Source: Amphiscolops sp. MND2022 (taxonomy: Eukaryota). Taken from it: 64,000 nt of DNA. Under the pieces are notes generated by a model. The model did not search any database. It saw only the letters and a list, made by a program, of their open reading frames with translations, and was not told the origin of the DNA. Below, one piece after another: positions 1 to 13,418 of the stretch (its first letter is position 1; every line of letters begins with the position of its first letter). A program made the translations under genes and the position numbers. The stretch spans positions 40,116,001 to 40,180,000 of the forward strand of contig OZ076409.1 in the NCBI GenBank assembly GCA_964187785.1, in the 5' to 3' direction.

Positions 1-1952
1 GCAGTGTGGTGTGGATTCTTCACTTCGATTACAATACATGGGTTTTCAAGAAATGAGGAAAGTGGAGTGGAACACTTTCCTGGATTCTTGCACTAATACC
101 GTGTGTAACCTGCGAAGAATCGCCGAAACAAAATTTTCACTGTTTTCCTGAATTCTTGAAGTTTTGTGGATTCTTCCTTTTAGCAATTATTAGCAATCAT
201 TAGTTTGCGGTGATTCTTCACTAATTAGGTCCACTTAAACGTTTGTGGATTCTTAAAAAGTTGTGGATTCTTCAGTTTGGCAATTATTGCAATTATTATT
301 TCGCGAGGATTCTTCACTAAATAGGTACTAAAATTTTGTGGATTCTTCGCTTCGTGTGAATTTGCACTTCTAAATTTTGTGGAATCTTCGTTTCTTATAA
401 ATTCATCATTATATCAATACAAGAGTTTGAGCCCCAACTTCAGTTCTGGAAAAAATATTTTTCGGCGGAAAGAAAGTTCAAAATCTCTCCAGTTTAAATA
501 TAAATTTCTCAGATGACAAGAAGTTAAATTTGTTGGGGGGATGTTTTTCAAATTAGATTTTAATTCTTAAATTACTTTCCGGGATGAACCGGGGAAAGTT
601 CTGAACATTTTTGATTTCTTAAAAATACATTGGACCATGTGATCTATTTCCTCCCAGGTACACCTTGTTAGGAATTTTCCCCCAAAACGAAAACGGCTTT
701 TTCACAAGTATATTAATTATTGAATGAATAAAACAAATTGATATGCTTACAAATATTAACAAACGCGTGAATTTAAACTTCGTGGCAAAAGACCCAAATT
801 TTTTAAATGCTGAATGCAAATTTCGTAGTTTTGTAAATATGGAAGTATGTCCGTTTGGAAGCACATTTCAAAGAATAATGATTTATTTTAACTGTCAATC
901 AATGTAAGAGATATGATTATGTCGACATCAATTATTTTGTTAGACTAAAATTTCAACGCAACGATGTCGACATAATGGTATTTGACTATTTAAGATGTTA
1001 TGTCGACATAATTAATTCGTTTAAAACTACTATTTGAACCTACTGGATTATTTTCCCCCCATCGCAGTTTGGGGGGGAAATAGATCACATGGTCCAATAC
1101 ATTTCTCATATGAAGTGTAATGAAACAGTTTATTTTGGAACGACTCCAGGAGCGCTCAAATAAAATGTATCCCCTCAAACACTTCTTATCACGTGTAAGG
1201 AGAAGTTAATTTTAGAACGACTCCAGGAGCATTCAAATAGAATGCCTCACGCATCGTCCTTTTAGCCAGAAAGTCATTTCAACTTCAAAGAAACTGGTAA
1301 TTTTGAAACGACTCCGGGAGCGTTCAAATGAAATGTATCAAGCACGTCGCCCTGTTTCAAATTGGAAAAATTTTATATCAATTGAAATTAAAAAAAAATT
1401 TTAGAAAAAGCTGTTTTCTAAAACTTTCTGATTTCTAGTTTTAACTTAATATCAAGCGTTCAAATGATACCAAATTATATCACCCTGTTTGACAAATTCA
1501 AAAAAAAATTGTCATAACTATTTTAATGAAACATTTGAACATTATTGAAAGATATACATTCGTTCCTCAAAATTCTTTTACCTTACTTACATGTAATGCT
1601 TGTTCAGTTACGACGAGGAAGTACATGTATTTAGCATGACACGCAAGTTTTTGTTTGTCATTGTGAATCATCTAGCGACCTCGGCAATCGAGTTACATGT
1701 ATTGAAGTTGTTAATCAACCAGTGTAGCTACAAAACAGTTGCTTTACTTCGAACTCTCGAATCCTCTTAATTGACTCCAGTTGAAAACTCCACTTCCAAA
1801 GCCTGATCAAATTCACCCAATAAAGAAGTAAGTTTTTCTTTGAAGTATTGTTATTGGAAATATTTTCAATCAATAAAAACAAGAACTGTTACGAATTTTT
1901 CATTAAATTTAGTACAAATAATGAAAATATAGAGTAATGTTTTTATAATGAA
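1..1952. mobile_element. Fragment of a family-B-like element
   Basis: Many GTGGATTCTTC repeats at 1-390 and AACGACTCCRGGAGC motifs at 1139, 1216 and 1307. Both motifs recur in 47046-64000. Confidence 0.5.
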
Positions 1953-2152
1953 NNNNNNNNNNNNNNNNNNNNNNNNNNNNNNNNNNNNNNNNNNNNNNNN
2001 NNNNNNNNNNNNNNNNNNNNNNNNNNNNNNNNNNNNNNNNNNNNNNNNNNNNNNNNNNNNNNNNNNNNNNNNNNNNNNNNNNNNNNNNNNNNNNNNNNNN
2101 NNNNNNNNNNNNNNNNNNNNNNNNNNNNNNNNNNNNNNNNNNNNNNNNNNNN
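1953..2152. other. Assembly gap (200 N)
   Basis: Run of exactly 200 N; contiguity across it is not guaranteed. Confidence 0.99.
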
Positions 2153-2624
2153 CGTAAAGTTGTTAATATCTTGGCAACTGTAACGGGAACCTCTGGTACA
2201 TCGATTTTGCGATTTGGACATGTTCAGGAGTTTTGTCAAAAATTCTAATCCGATGTGTGACGTGGCAATAGGCATGTGATTGCTCTTTTCGCTGTTTTCG
2301 CCACAAAACGAGGACCGAGCAAGACCGAGCAAGACCGAGCGAGAGACAGAGAACGAAAAAGCCCATGCCCTTAGAAAAAAACTTATAAATAGACTATTTT
2401 TTGAGGTGCTAACTCCGGTTTTTACCGATTTTCTGCATTATGCTACCCAAAGTAGCGGAAACAGGAAAAATGCGTCTTTTGGCTTATTTATCTTTGTTTG
2501 AGGCTTGGAGTCCCTGCGCCCCAGCTTTTAGCTGTGTGGTTGGCCATATTCGTGTCTGTTCTGATGTATTTTCACTGTTTTCAGCTAGCCCATGCGCTAG
2601 TTTTTGCAGTTTAGGTCTAAGTAC

Positions 2625-5600
2625 AGTAGTAAAAGTACGCGGCATTATAGGTGGGGGGGTGTTGAGTGAGTAACCAAATATCGTCATAACGCGAATTCCA
2701 AATGACGTCATTATTGCGACACAATGACGTAACTGAAGGCCAAAAATACTCACTCACGGAGAGTCGACTAGAAACAGAAACAAAACTACACAACCTTGAA
2801 AAAAACGAGCCTGGAAACTTTTTTGGTTTCTATTTCAGGCAATGAAAGGAAATTTCCTTACCTTTTCGTGCTGGAAAGTAATAAAAAAATGGAAGGATCA
2901 GTTTGTTAGGAATGGAAATTGCGGCCGTGATAAAAGGAAACACGGTCAATAAAAGGTGCTTTCATTTACAAACGTTGAAATGAATGTGCTTCTACCTACT
3001 TCCTTTTGATGCTAGTGACCTTTATTGATGCGTGATTTCTATGGATAAAACTTCCCTGAAGTTACCTTCATTTGCGTAATGGATAACAATCTTTATCATT
3101 CCAACCATCAACCACCAGAAAAATCTCTACCTTTACACAACGCCATTTTTTCACACCGAGTAATATGGAAATGAGATCTGCAAAGTGTGAAAATTGCTCT
3201 AGAAATTGATGGAAAAAGATGCTGAAATGCTGTAAAAAGGATAACTTTTCTCAGTATAGAATAATGAAAGAGTTTTCACAGTGTTGAATAACGAAGTGCC
3301 GGACACGAAATAGGGCATACTTTGATTTACAAATGCGCTGAGTAATAGCTACTATTTTCTACTAGGATCTCTACAGAGATCCTATAGTATTGTACTGTAA
3401 TTTGAAATATAGATCGAATATAAGTCCTACGCGACCGTGGTCATTGATTCTTAGCTACTTTAGACCTACAGTATGGGGCTGTATATCGAAAGATATATCG
3501 AACATAAGTCCTATACGACCGTGTTCATCGAATCTTAGCTACTTTAGACTTTTATTATGGTACTGCATGTTGAAAGATTGATCGAATAAAAAAGCCTGAC
3601 AATCGTGTCAATTGAATCTTAGCAACCTTAGACGTATAGTATTGTAACGTATATTGAATGATAGATCCAATATAAATCCTATACAACTTTGTTCTTTAAA
3701 TCTTAGCTACTTTAGACCTATATTATGGTTTTGTATATTGAAAAATTGATCAAATATAAAAACTATACGATTGTGGTAATTGAATCATAGCTACTTTAGA
3801 CCTATAGTTTTGTAATGTATATTGAATGATAGATCGAATATAAGTCCTTTACGGCTCTGTTCAATGAACCTTAGCTACTTTAATCCTATAGTAAGGTACT
3901 GTAAAAGGTAAGATAGATCGAATATATCGAATATGATTCCTTAAAAACTTTGTTCATTAAATCTTAGCTACTTTGGACCTTTAGTATGGTACTGTATATT
4001 GAAACATTTTATAGAATATAAAACCTATACGATCGTGATAATTGAATCTTTGCTACTTTAGACCTATAGTTTTGTACTGTATAATGAAAGATAGATCGAA
4101 TATAAGTCCTTTACAGCTCTGTTTAATGACTCTTAGCTTCTTTAATTCTCTAGTATGGTACTGTAAATTGAAAAATAGATCAAATAAAAATCCTACACTA
4201 CTTTGTTATTTCAACCTTAGCTACTTTAGACCTATATTACGGTACTGTATATTGAAAGAATGATCGGAAATAAAAGCTATACGATCGTGGTAATTGAATC
4301 TTAGCTACATTAGAGCTATAGTATTGTACTGTATATTGAAATATAAACTGAATATAATTCCTACACGACCGTGTTCGTTGAATCTTAGCTACTTTAGACG
4401 CATAGTATTGTACTGTATATTGAATGAAAGATCCATCATAAGTCCTATACGCATATGTTCATTGAATCTTAGCTACTTTAGTCCTTTCGTGTGGAACTGT
4501 AAATTGAGAGATAGATCGAATATAAGTCCTTTACAGCTGAGTTCAACGAATCTTAGCTACTTTAGATATATATTGTGGTACTGTATATTGAAAGATTGAT
4601 CGAATATAAAAGCTATACGACCCTGTTGGTTTAATCGTAGCTAAATTAGACTTAAAGCTTTGTACTGTATATTGAAAGATTTATCGAATATAAGTCCTAT
4701 CCGAGAATGTTCATCGAATCTTAGCTTTTTTATAGTATGGAACTGTATATTGAAAGATATATCGAATAAAAGTCCTATACGACCGTGTTCATTGAACTTT
4801 AGCTAGTTTACACTTATAATTTGGCACTGTAATTTGGAAAATAGATCAAACATAAGTCCTGTACGGCTGTGTTCATTGAATCGTATCTAATTTAGACCTA
4901 TAGTATGGAACTTTACATGGAAAGGTTGATCAAATATGAAACCCATTCGATCGTGTTCACCTACTATTATCTACTTTAGACCCAAATTATGCTATTTGAA
5001 ATGGTCAAAATTCGAATTATTGAATCAAAAAAGTCAGGTCATCGTGAAAAGCCAGTATAAAAACACTTTTGTGGAAAAACTGGTTCCATTGTTTCTTTGA
5101 ATATATGACGTGCTTCGATTACGCCCAATTTGAAAAGATTCTGGAACTATTCTCAGCAAACAAATTGTTTTGACAGCGTTTCTCTCTAGAAAACACCTGA
5201 ACTACCAAAATTAGTTCTATTATTTTTTTTCAATTTTGGTAAAGTCCATTTGGGCAATGTACATCCTACATTTGAAATGTAAAGGAGTCCCCTTCGACAA
5301 AAACACAACAGGATTTACGGCAAGCCGGATATAACAGATTCCGGATATAACGTTTACTGGAAATGCCGTTTGTTGGAGAGGTTTTCAATGTTACACAAGG
5401 GTCGCTCCTTTTGATTTTCAAGACGTTCAGAGTTGATACAAAATCATCTGAACCCGAGGAGTCCCCCTCTGGTTTTTCTTGGCACTGAGACCTTTTTATT
5501 TTCATATATTTATCATTCTTTGGTTTTTGACTCTGTGCGTTTTTTTCTAAAAGTTTCATTCAATTGAAGGGTATGCTCTTGATTTCCCATCTGTTTTTAA

Positions 5601-6746
5601 CTTGAGGAAAATAGTTTTAAGCTGAAAGTTCCTTTTTCAACACTATGAGACTTTCCCGAAAAAAAATCGAATTAATTTTCGAAAAAGGGATGTTTTGTAA
5701 TTCCAGTTGAGGAAACTGACTGTGGTTTGCGAGTCTTATGTGTATCCTTTGGGGTATTTTAGGCACTGAGATTTGAATTGACTTTGTATTTATCTGCTAT
5801 TCAATGAAAATAAATGCAAGCTAAGACAAATCATATACAACCATCAGTTAACAGATAGTTAAAACAGGAATATTTTCTCACAACAAAAAAATGTCCAATT
5901 TAATCTGGGTTGGCTCAGTTTTTGAAGAAAAAGTTTTAAGAATTACAGCTTGATGATCATTCAAAATACTATATCTTGAATAAGTTCTATTCCACCCCGT
6001 TCTCTTCCAAAAGTTCTGTCCAACGTCGTTCAGGTTTTTCTGGAAGGAATGGGGTTTGTCTTGTTTCTGATTGGTCGTTTGGGTGAATGGTATCCGGTAA
6101 AGGACACTTATCAGTCAATCTCTGCTTACCATCATGCATTAAATCAACAACAGCACAGAATTTATATAATTCAACTCATGCTCGATGAATGAAAAATCTT
6201 CAGAATCGAAAATGTTCCTCGCTTTCATATTGCCCACGCCTTCTTATTGTTCAAGAGATCCATCTTTTGTTTTGTTTTCAATTATCGGTCATTTCGTCTT
6301 TCAAATTGAAATTTTTTTGAATTAAATTCTAAAATTAAGGTACATCAAAAAGAATTCTACTCAGAGATTCCTTTAAAAATTGTTCTCGGAAAAAAATATT
6401 CTTTGTGAACAAACACTTTGATTCTTTAAATCTAGAAGGTTTCTTACTACAACAAGTACTTTGGAAAGTTGTGAAATACTCTTCATCAAAATCTTCAAAA
6501 CAATAATCATATAAATTTCGGTTAAGGGACAATTTTAACTTTCATCAGAACCTCTATTGTTATTAATGTAAATTATTTTTAAAAATTTTCACTAGTTCAT
6601 TTCACATATTTTTTCAAAACTTTCAAGGTATGTCATTCATTCATAGGGTGAAATTGATATGATGAAGTTAAAAAAGAGTGCATGAGACAAAAGATTTGAT
6701 TTTTGAAAAAAAGTATTACTTTATTATAAGTTGAGTACAAAAACAT
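2625..6746 (+). repeat. Left arm of giant inverted repeat
   Basis: Reverse complement of 8483-13412 with scattered substitutions; ORF 5266-5559(-) mirrors ORF 9728-10015(+). Confidence 0.95.
3381..4985 (+). repeat. 84-bp tandem repeat array (about 19 diverged units)
   Basis: Consensus cttagctactttagacctatagtattgtactgtatattgaaagatagatcgaatataagtcctatacgaccgtgttcattgaat; ttagct occurs at 3451 and 3535. Confidence 0.95.
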
Positions 6747-8482
6747 TGCGACTCTGAAAGTCTTGCAAGAGACACTCGCATGGATTCAATCTTCGTGTCG
6801 AATTTCTTACTTAACGTTCGCGACAACTTTCTTCCCAAACGTTACGTAAAAGATTCGACACGAAGATGACGTAACTAAACGTAAAAAACACGCAGCGTGT
6901 GTCGAGTACAAACAACTCCACCGGTACTAGACTTTTTTCGTTAACAAAACTGATGTTCCAACGAAACTGGAGCGGTCTTTTCCATTGTGCCAAGCAACAT
7001 CCAGCGGAGTTTGAAAGAAGGCACTTTTTCCAGTGACAAGGTAGCCCATAGCACAAAACCTAATTTTTCTTGCCTTATTTCCGTTTAGTGGGAACTGCCG
7101 TTACCCAGGTTTGAACCTCAGCATATCCTAAATCTTTGATAGTATTCGTGCAAAAACTACTTTTCTGGCGAAGTGATCTTTCAACAAGAAAAATGTATTT
7201 TTCTACATGAGTGCTTCCATCGAATGTCAAACGTGGATAATATTTGCTTGATTCTAAAACACAAGAGAAACTGAAATAGCAAAATCGAGTAACAACTTTT
7301 GTTAGTGACAGTCGTGAAGATTGAATGGTTCAGAGTGACAAAGACGTGGATGTTTTGATGCCTCTCAAGATCACTGTTGTAGAGTTGTACAAACGGCTGT
7401 TGTCTAGGCTTGAACAAAGTGTACAATTTGGCAAACTTTTGCTATATTGGATTAATGATGTGCTATGCATATAACGAGAATGATGACGTCGAATATGAAA
7501 AGAACAGTAATTTCGATAAAGCAATTTTAAAAAACCTAACTTTTCTTACGTGTTGCCTTTTGAAGCCGCGACACTATTTCATACTGTTGAGCAAGCGTTT
7601 TCACAGTCTCTCAAATTTGCAGGCCGTTTTTGATGGATGAAATGTTGTTTTAAAAAGTCTGTTTAGAGTAGACATGCTCCGCGAGTAAAGTTGGAGGAGA
7701 GAACACTGCTTTGAAGACTATTGCAATCTCCCTGTTGAAGACATCAACAATCACAGTGGTATCTATTCCATAACCCGTGAACCCCGTCACCGGGTTCAAA
7801 CCACCATTTACCCGTGCAACTAGCGCCAAAGCAATCTTTCGCGCAACCGACTACTCCAACCAGACCTTGAATAAAACATTCGCTGCAACCTTTTCAAAGA
7901 AAACTGACAATGACTATATCTGCACCAAGAAAAATGTTGAAGCAAATTCGAAAAAAAAAATGTTTTAACTGAATTCATTTCTAAGGAGCGTTCATACTGT
8001 CAAGAGACTTTTCTGGTTTGCCAATCCCACCATCGCCTGAGCTGGGAAACAACCCTTGGGAGAATGGAAAACCAATTCATAAGGGAATGGATTTCGTTTG
8101 ATGTAAAACTTCCTATACGTGTTTTTACTATTGTTTGAAAGATTTAGCGCTTCGGATGAAACTTTGAGTTGGACTGAAAACGGTTGCTATACGCACACTA
8201 CTGTAGAATCAACACCAGTGTCCCAACAAAACCTTAATCCCGTGTGACATTCAGACAATCCTCCATAGAAGTTCTTCCCGCTCTCTGATTGAAAAGTGGA
8301 GGAAAAAACAAACAAGGTTTCTTAGAACACCCTTTCTCAAGACTTTTACAGAAAAAAAATATTTCGTTAATCATTTGGCTAAAACTTGTTTGCTCTTACA
8401 AAAACATGAGAAAAAAAACGTATCGGCACTTGTCCCAGGATAAATTGAAAAATTGAAGTATATTCCATATATCTTTTAGATT

Positions 8483-11400
8483 ATGTTTTCGTACTCAACT
8501 TATAATAAAGTAATACTTTTTTTTCAAAAATCAAATACTCTGACTCATGCACTCTTTTTTACCTTCATCATATCAATTTTACCCTATGAATGACTGACAT
8601 ACCTTGAATGTTTTGGAAAAACATGTGAAATGAACTAGTGAAATTTTTTTGAAAACAATTTGAATTAAAAACAATAGAGGTTCTGATGAAAGTGCAAATT
8701 GTCCCTTAATAGAAATTTATATGATTATTGTTTTGAAGATTTTGATGAAGAGTATTTTACAACTTTCCAAAGTACTTGTTGTAGTAAGAAACCTTCTAGT
8801 TTTAAATAATCAAAGTGTTTGTTCACTAAGAATATTTTTTTCCGAGAACAATTTTTAAAGGAATCTCTGAGTAGAACTCTTTTTGATGTACCTTAATCTT
8901 AGAATTTAATTCAAAAAAAATTCAATTTGAAAGACGGAATGACCGATAATTGAAAACAAAACAAAAGATGGATCTCTTGAACAATAAGAAGGCGTGGGCA
9001 ATATGAAAGCGAGGAACATTTTCGAATCTGAAGATTTTTCATTCATCGAGCATAAGTTGAATTATATAAATTCTGTGCTGTTGTTGATTTAATGCATGAT
9101 GGTAAGCAGAGATTGACAGATCAGTGTCCTTTACCGGATACCATGCACCCAAACGACCAATCAGAAACAAGACAAACCCCATTCCTTCCAGAAAAACCTG
9201 AACGACGTTGGGCAGAACATTTGGAAGAGAACGCGGTGGAATAGAACTTATTCAAGATATAGTATTTTGAATGGATCATCAAGCTGTAATTCTTAAAACG
9301 TTTTCTTCAAAAACTGAGCCAACCCGGATTAAATTGGACATCTTTTTGTTGTGAGAAAATATTCCTGTTTTAACTATCTGTTAACTGATGGTTGTATATG
9401 TTTTGTCTTAGCTTGCATTTCTTTTCATCGAATAGCAGATAAGTACAAAGTCAATTCAAATCTCAGTGCCTAAAATACCCCAGAAGATACACATAAGACT
9501 CGGGAACCACAGTCAGTTTCCCCAACTGGAGATACAAAATATCCCTTTTTCGAAAATTAATTCGATTTTTCTTCGGGAAAGTCTCATAGTGTTGAAAAAG
9601 GAACGTTCAGCTTAAAACTATTTTCCTCAAGTTAAAAACACATGGGAAATCAAGAGCATACCCTTCAATTAAATGAAAATTTTGGAAAAAAAACGCACAG
9701 AGTCAAAAACCAAAGAATGAGAAATATATGAAAACAAAAAGGTCTCAGTGCCAACAAAAACCAGAGGGGGACTCCTCGGGTTCAGATGATTTTGTATCAA
9801 CTCTGAACGTCTTGAAAATCAAAAGGAGGGACCCTTGTGTGACATTGAAAACCTCTCCAACAAACGGCATTTCCAGTACACGTTATATCCGGAATCTGTT
9901 ATATCCGGTTTGCCGTAAATCCTGTTGTGTTTTTGTCGAAGGGGCTCCTTTACATTTCAAATGTAGGATGTACACTGCCCAAAGGGACTTTACCAAAATT
10001 GAAAAAAAATACTAGAACTAATTTTGGTAGTTCAGGTGTTTTCTAGAGAGAAACGCTGTCAAAACAATTTGTTTGCTGAGAATAGTTCCAGATTCTTTTC
10101 AAATTGGGCGTAATCGAAGCACGTCATATCTTCAAAGAAACAAAGAAACAATTGAACCAGTTTTTCCACAAAAGTGTTTTTATACTGACGGGCTTTTCAC
10201 GGTGACCTGACTTTTTTGATTCAAAAATTCGAATTTTGACCATTTCAAACGGTTTTCATCTGAGCTTTGCAGTCAATACTAAAGTAGTTAAGATTCTATA
10301 AACACTGCCGTATAAGACTTATGTTTGATCTATCTTTCCATATACAGTACCATATTATAGGTCTAAAGTAGCTAAATTTCGATGCAAACGGTCGTATAGG
10401 ACTTATATTTGATCTATATTTCAATATACAATACTACACTATTTTCCTAAAGTAGCTAAGATTCAATTAACACGATCGTAAAGGTTTTATATTCGATCAA
10501 TCTTCCAATATACAGTAGCATAATTTGGGTCCAAAGTAGATAATAGTAGGTGAACACGATCGAATGGGTTTCATTTTTGATCAACCTTTCCATGTAAAAT
10601 GCCATGCTATAGGTCTAAATTAGATACGATTCAATGAACACAGCCGTACAGGACTTATGTTTGATCTATTTTTCAAATTACAGTGCCAAATTATAAGTGT
10701 AAACTAGCTAAATTTCGATGAACACGGCCGTATAGGACTTTTATTCGATATATCTTCCAATATACAGTTCCATACTATAAAAAAGCTAAGATTCGATGAA
10801 CATTCTCGGATAGGACTTATATTCGATCCATCTTTCAATATACAGTACAAAACTTTAAGTCTAAATTAGGTACGATTTAACCGACACGGTCGTATAGCTT
10901 TTATATTCGATCAATCTTTCAATATACAGTACCACAATATAGATCTAAAGTAGCTAAGATTCGTTGAACTCATCTCCAAAGGACTTTATTCGATCTATCT
11001 CTCAATTTACAGTTTCACACGATAGGACTAAAGTAGCTAAAATTCAATGAACATAGGCGTATAGGACTTATAATGGATCTTTCATTCAATATACAGTACA
11101 ATACTATACGTCTAAAGTAGCTAAGATTCAACGAACACGGTCGTGTAAGAATTATATTCTGTCTATATTCCAATATACAGTACAATACTATGGCTCTAAT
11201 GTAGCTAAGATTCAATTAACCCGATCGTATAGCTTTTATTTTTGATCAATCTTTCAATAAACAATACCGTAATATAGGTCCAAAGTAGCTAAGGTTGAAA
11301 GAACAAAGTTGTGTAGGAGTTATATTTGATCTATTTTTCAATTTACAGTACCATACTATAGAATTAAAGAGGCTAATATTCATTTAACAGGGCTGTAAAG

Positions 11401-13412
11401 GACTTATATTTGATCTATCTTTCATTATACAGTACAAAACTATAGGTCTAAAGTAGCTAAGATTCAATTAACACGATCGTAAAGGTTTTATATTCTATGA
11501 AATGTTTCAGTATACAGTACCATACTAAAGGTCTAAAGTAGCTAAGATTCAATGAACAAAGGCGTATAGGACTTATATTGGATCTTTCATTCAATATACA
11601 GTACAATACTATACGTCTAAAGTAGCTAAGATTCAATGAACACCGTCGTGTAGGAATTATATTCAGTCTATATTTTAATATACAGTACAATACTACAGCT
11701 CTAATGTAGCTAACATTCAATTAACACAATGGTATAGAATTTATTTTCGATCAATCATTCAATATACAGTACCGTAATATAGGTCTAAAGTAGCTAAGGT
11801 TGAAAGAACAAAGCTGTGTAGGAAGTATATTTGATCTTTTTTTTCAATTTACAGTACCATACTAGAGAATTAAAGAAGCTATGAATCATTAAACAGAGCT
11901 GTAAAGGACTTATATCCGATCTATCTTCATTATTCAGTACAAAACTATAGGTCTAAAGTAGCAAAGATTCAATTATCATGATCGTATAGGTTTTATATTC
12001 TATAAAAGGTTTCAATATACAGTACCATACCAAAGTTCTAAAGTAGCTAAGAATTAATGAACAAAGTTGTTAGGGACTCATATTCGATATATTCGATCTA
12101 TCTCTCCTTTTACAGTACCTTACTATAGGATTAATGTAGCTAAGGTTCATTGAACAGAGCTGTAAAGGACTTATATTCGATCTATGATTCAATATACAGT
12201 ACAAAACTAAAGGTCTAAAGTAGCTAAGATTCAATTACCACAATCGTATAGTTTTTATATTTGATCAATTTTTCAATATACAAAACCATAATTTAGGTCT
12301 AAAGTAGCTAACATTTAAAGAACAAAGTTGTATAGGACTTATATTGGATCTATCATTCAATATACGTTACAATACTATAGGCCTAGGGTTGCTAAGATTC
12401 AATTGACACGATTGTATAGCTTTTTTATTCGATCAATCTTTCAACATACAGTACCATAATAAAAGTCTAAAGTAGCTAAGATTCAATGAACATAGGCGTA
12501 TATGACTTATGTTCGATATATCTTTCGATATACAGCCCCATACTGTAAGTCTAAAGTAGCTAAGACTCAATGACCACGGTCGTCTAGGACTTAAATTCGA
12601 TCTATATTTCAAATTACAGTACAATACTATGGGATCTCTGTAGAGATCCTAGTAGAAAATAGTAGCTATTTCAGGGGCTACTCAGCGCATTTGTTAAACA
12701 AAGTGTGCCCTATTTCGTGTCCGGCACTTCGTTATTCAACACTGTGAAAACTCTTTCATTATTCTATACTGAGAAAAATTATCCTTTTTACAGCATTTCA
12801 GCATCTTTTTCCATCAATTTCTATAGCAATTTTCACAATTTGCAGAACTCATTTCCATGTTACTCGGTGTGAAAAACTGGCGTTGTGTAAAGGTAGAGAT
12901 ATTTCTAGTGGTTGATGGTTGGAAAGATAAAGAATGTTATCCATTATGCCAAATCCATTACCAAATGAAGGTAACTTCAGGGAAATTTTATCCATAGAAA
13001 TCACGCATCAATAAAGGTCACTAGCATCAAAAGGAAGTAGGTAGATGCACATTCATTTCAACGTTGGTAGATGAAAACACCTTTTATTGATCGTGTTTCC
13101 TTTTATCACGGCCACAATTTCCATTCCTAACAAACTGTTCCTTCCATTTTTTTATTACTTTCCAGCACGCAAAGGTAAGACAATTTCCTTTCATTGCCTG
13201 AAATAGAAACAAAAAAAATTCCAGGCTCGTATTTTTCAAGGTTGTGTAGTTTTGTTTCGGTTTCTAGTCGGCTCTCCGTGAGTGAGTATTTTTGACCTTC
13301 GGTTACGTCATTGTGTCGCAATCATGATGTCATTCGGAATTCGCGTTATGACCATATTTGGTTACTCACTCAACCCTCCCCCCCACCTATAATGCCGCGT
13401 ACTTTTACTACT
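8483..13412 (-). repeat. Right arm of giant inverted repeat
   Basis: Begins atgttttcgtactcaacttat, the reverse complement of the left-arm end. It is longer than the left arm because it has more 84-bp units. Confidence 0.95.
10275..12632 (-). repeat. 84-bp tandem repeat array, inverted copy (about 28 units)
   Basis: Same unit in reverse complement (aaagtagctaagattcaatgaac...). Confidence 0.95.
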
Positions 13413-13418
13413 AAGTAC

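Larger units (their letters stand above)
2625..13412. mobile_element. Non-autonomous Polinton/Maverick-type fold-back element
   Basis: Starts AGTAGTAAAAGTACGCGGCATTATAGGTGGGGGGG and ends with its reverse complement (...CTTTTACTACT). Flanked by the direct repeat AAGTAC (2619-2624, 13413-13418). AG..CT termini with a 6-bp TSD are Polinton hallmarks. No recognisable polymerase, integrase or capsid ORF. Confidence 0.8.

Noticed and set aside
1943..2332. ORFs spanning N runs (also 47673-48026)
   Set aside because: Artefacts of assembly gaps.
2617..2624. 8-bp TSD CTAAGTAC (hAT-like) for the fold-back element
   Set aside because: It would use the terminal CT of the right TIR and leave asymmetric ends. 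A 6-bp TSD with AGTAGT/ACTACT is symmetric.
3381..4985. 84-bp unit translates to a 28-aa repeat (SLNLSYF...) resembling a leucine-rich repeat
   Set aside because: Frequent stops and indels, no full LRR consensus, and a mirror-image position inside TIR arms indicate a non-coding satellite.
6747..8482. Polinton polymerase or integrase remnants in the spacer
   Set aside because: Only a faint resemblance (VTGFKPPFTRATSAKAIFR); no convincing motif series.
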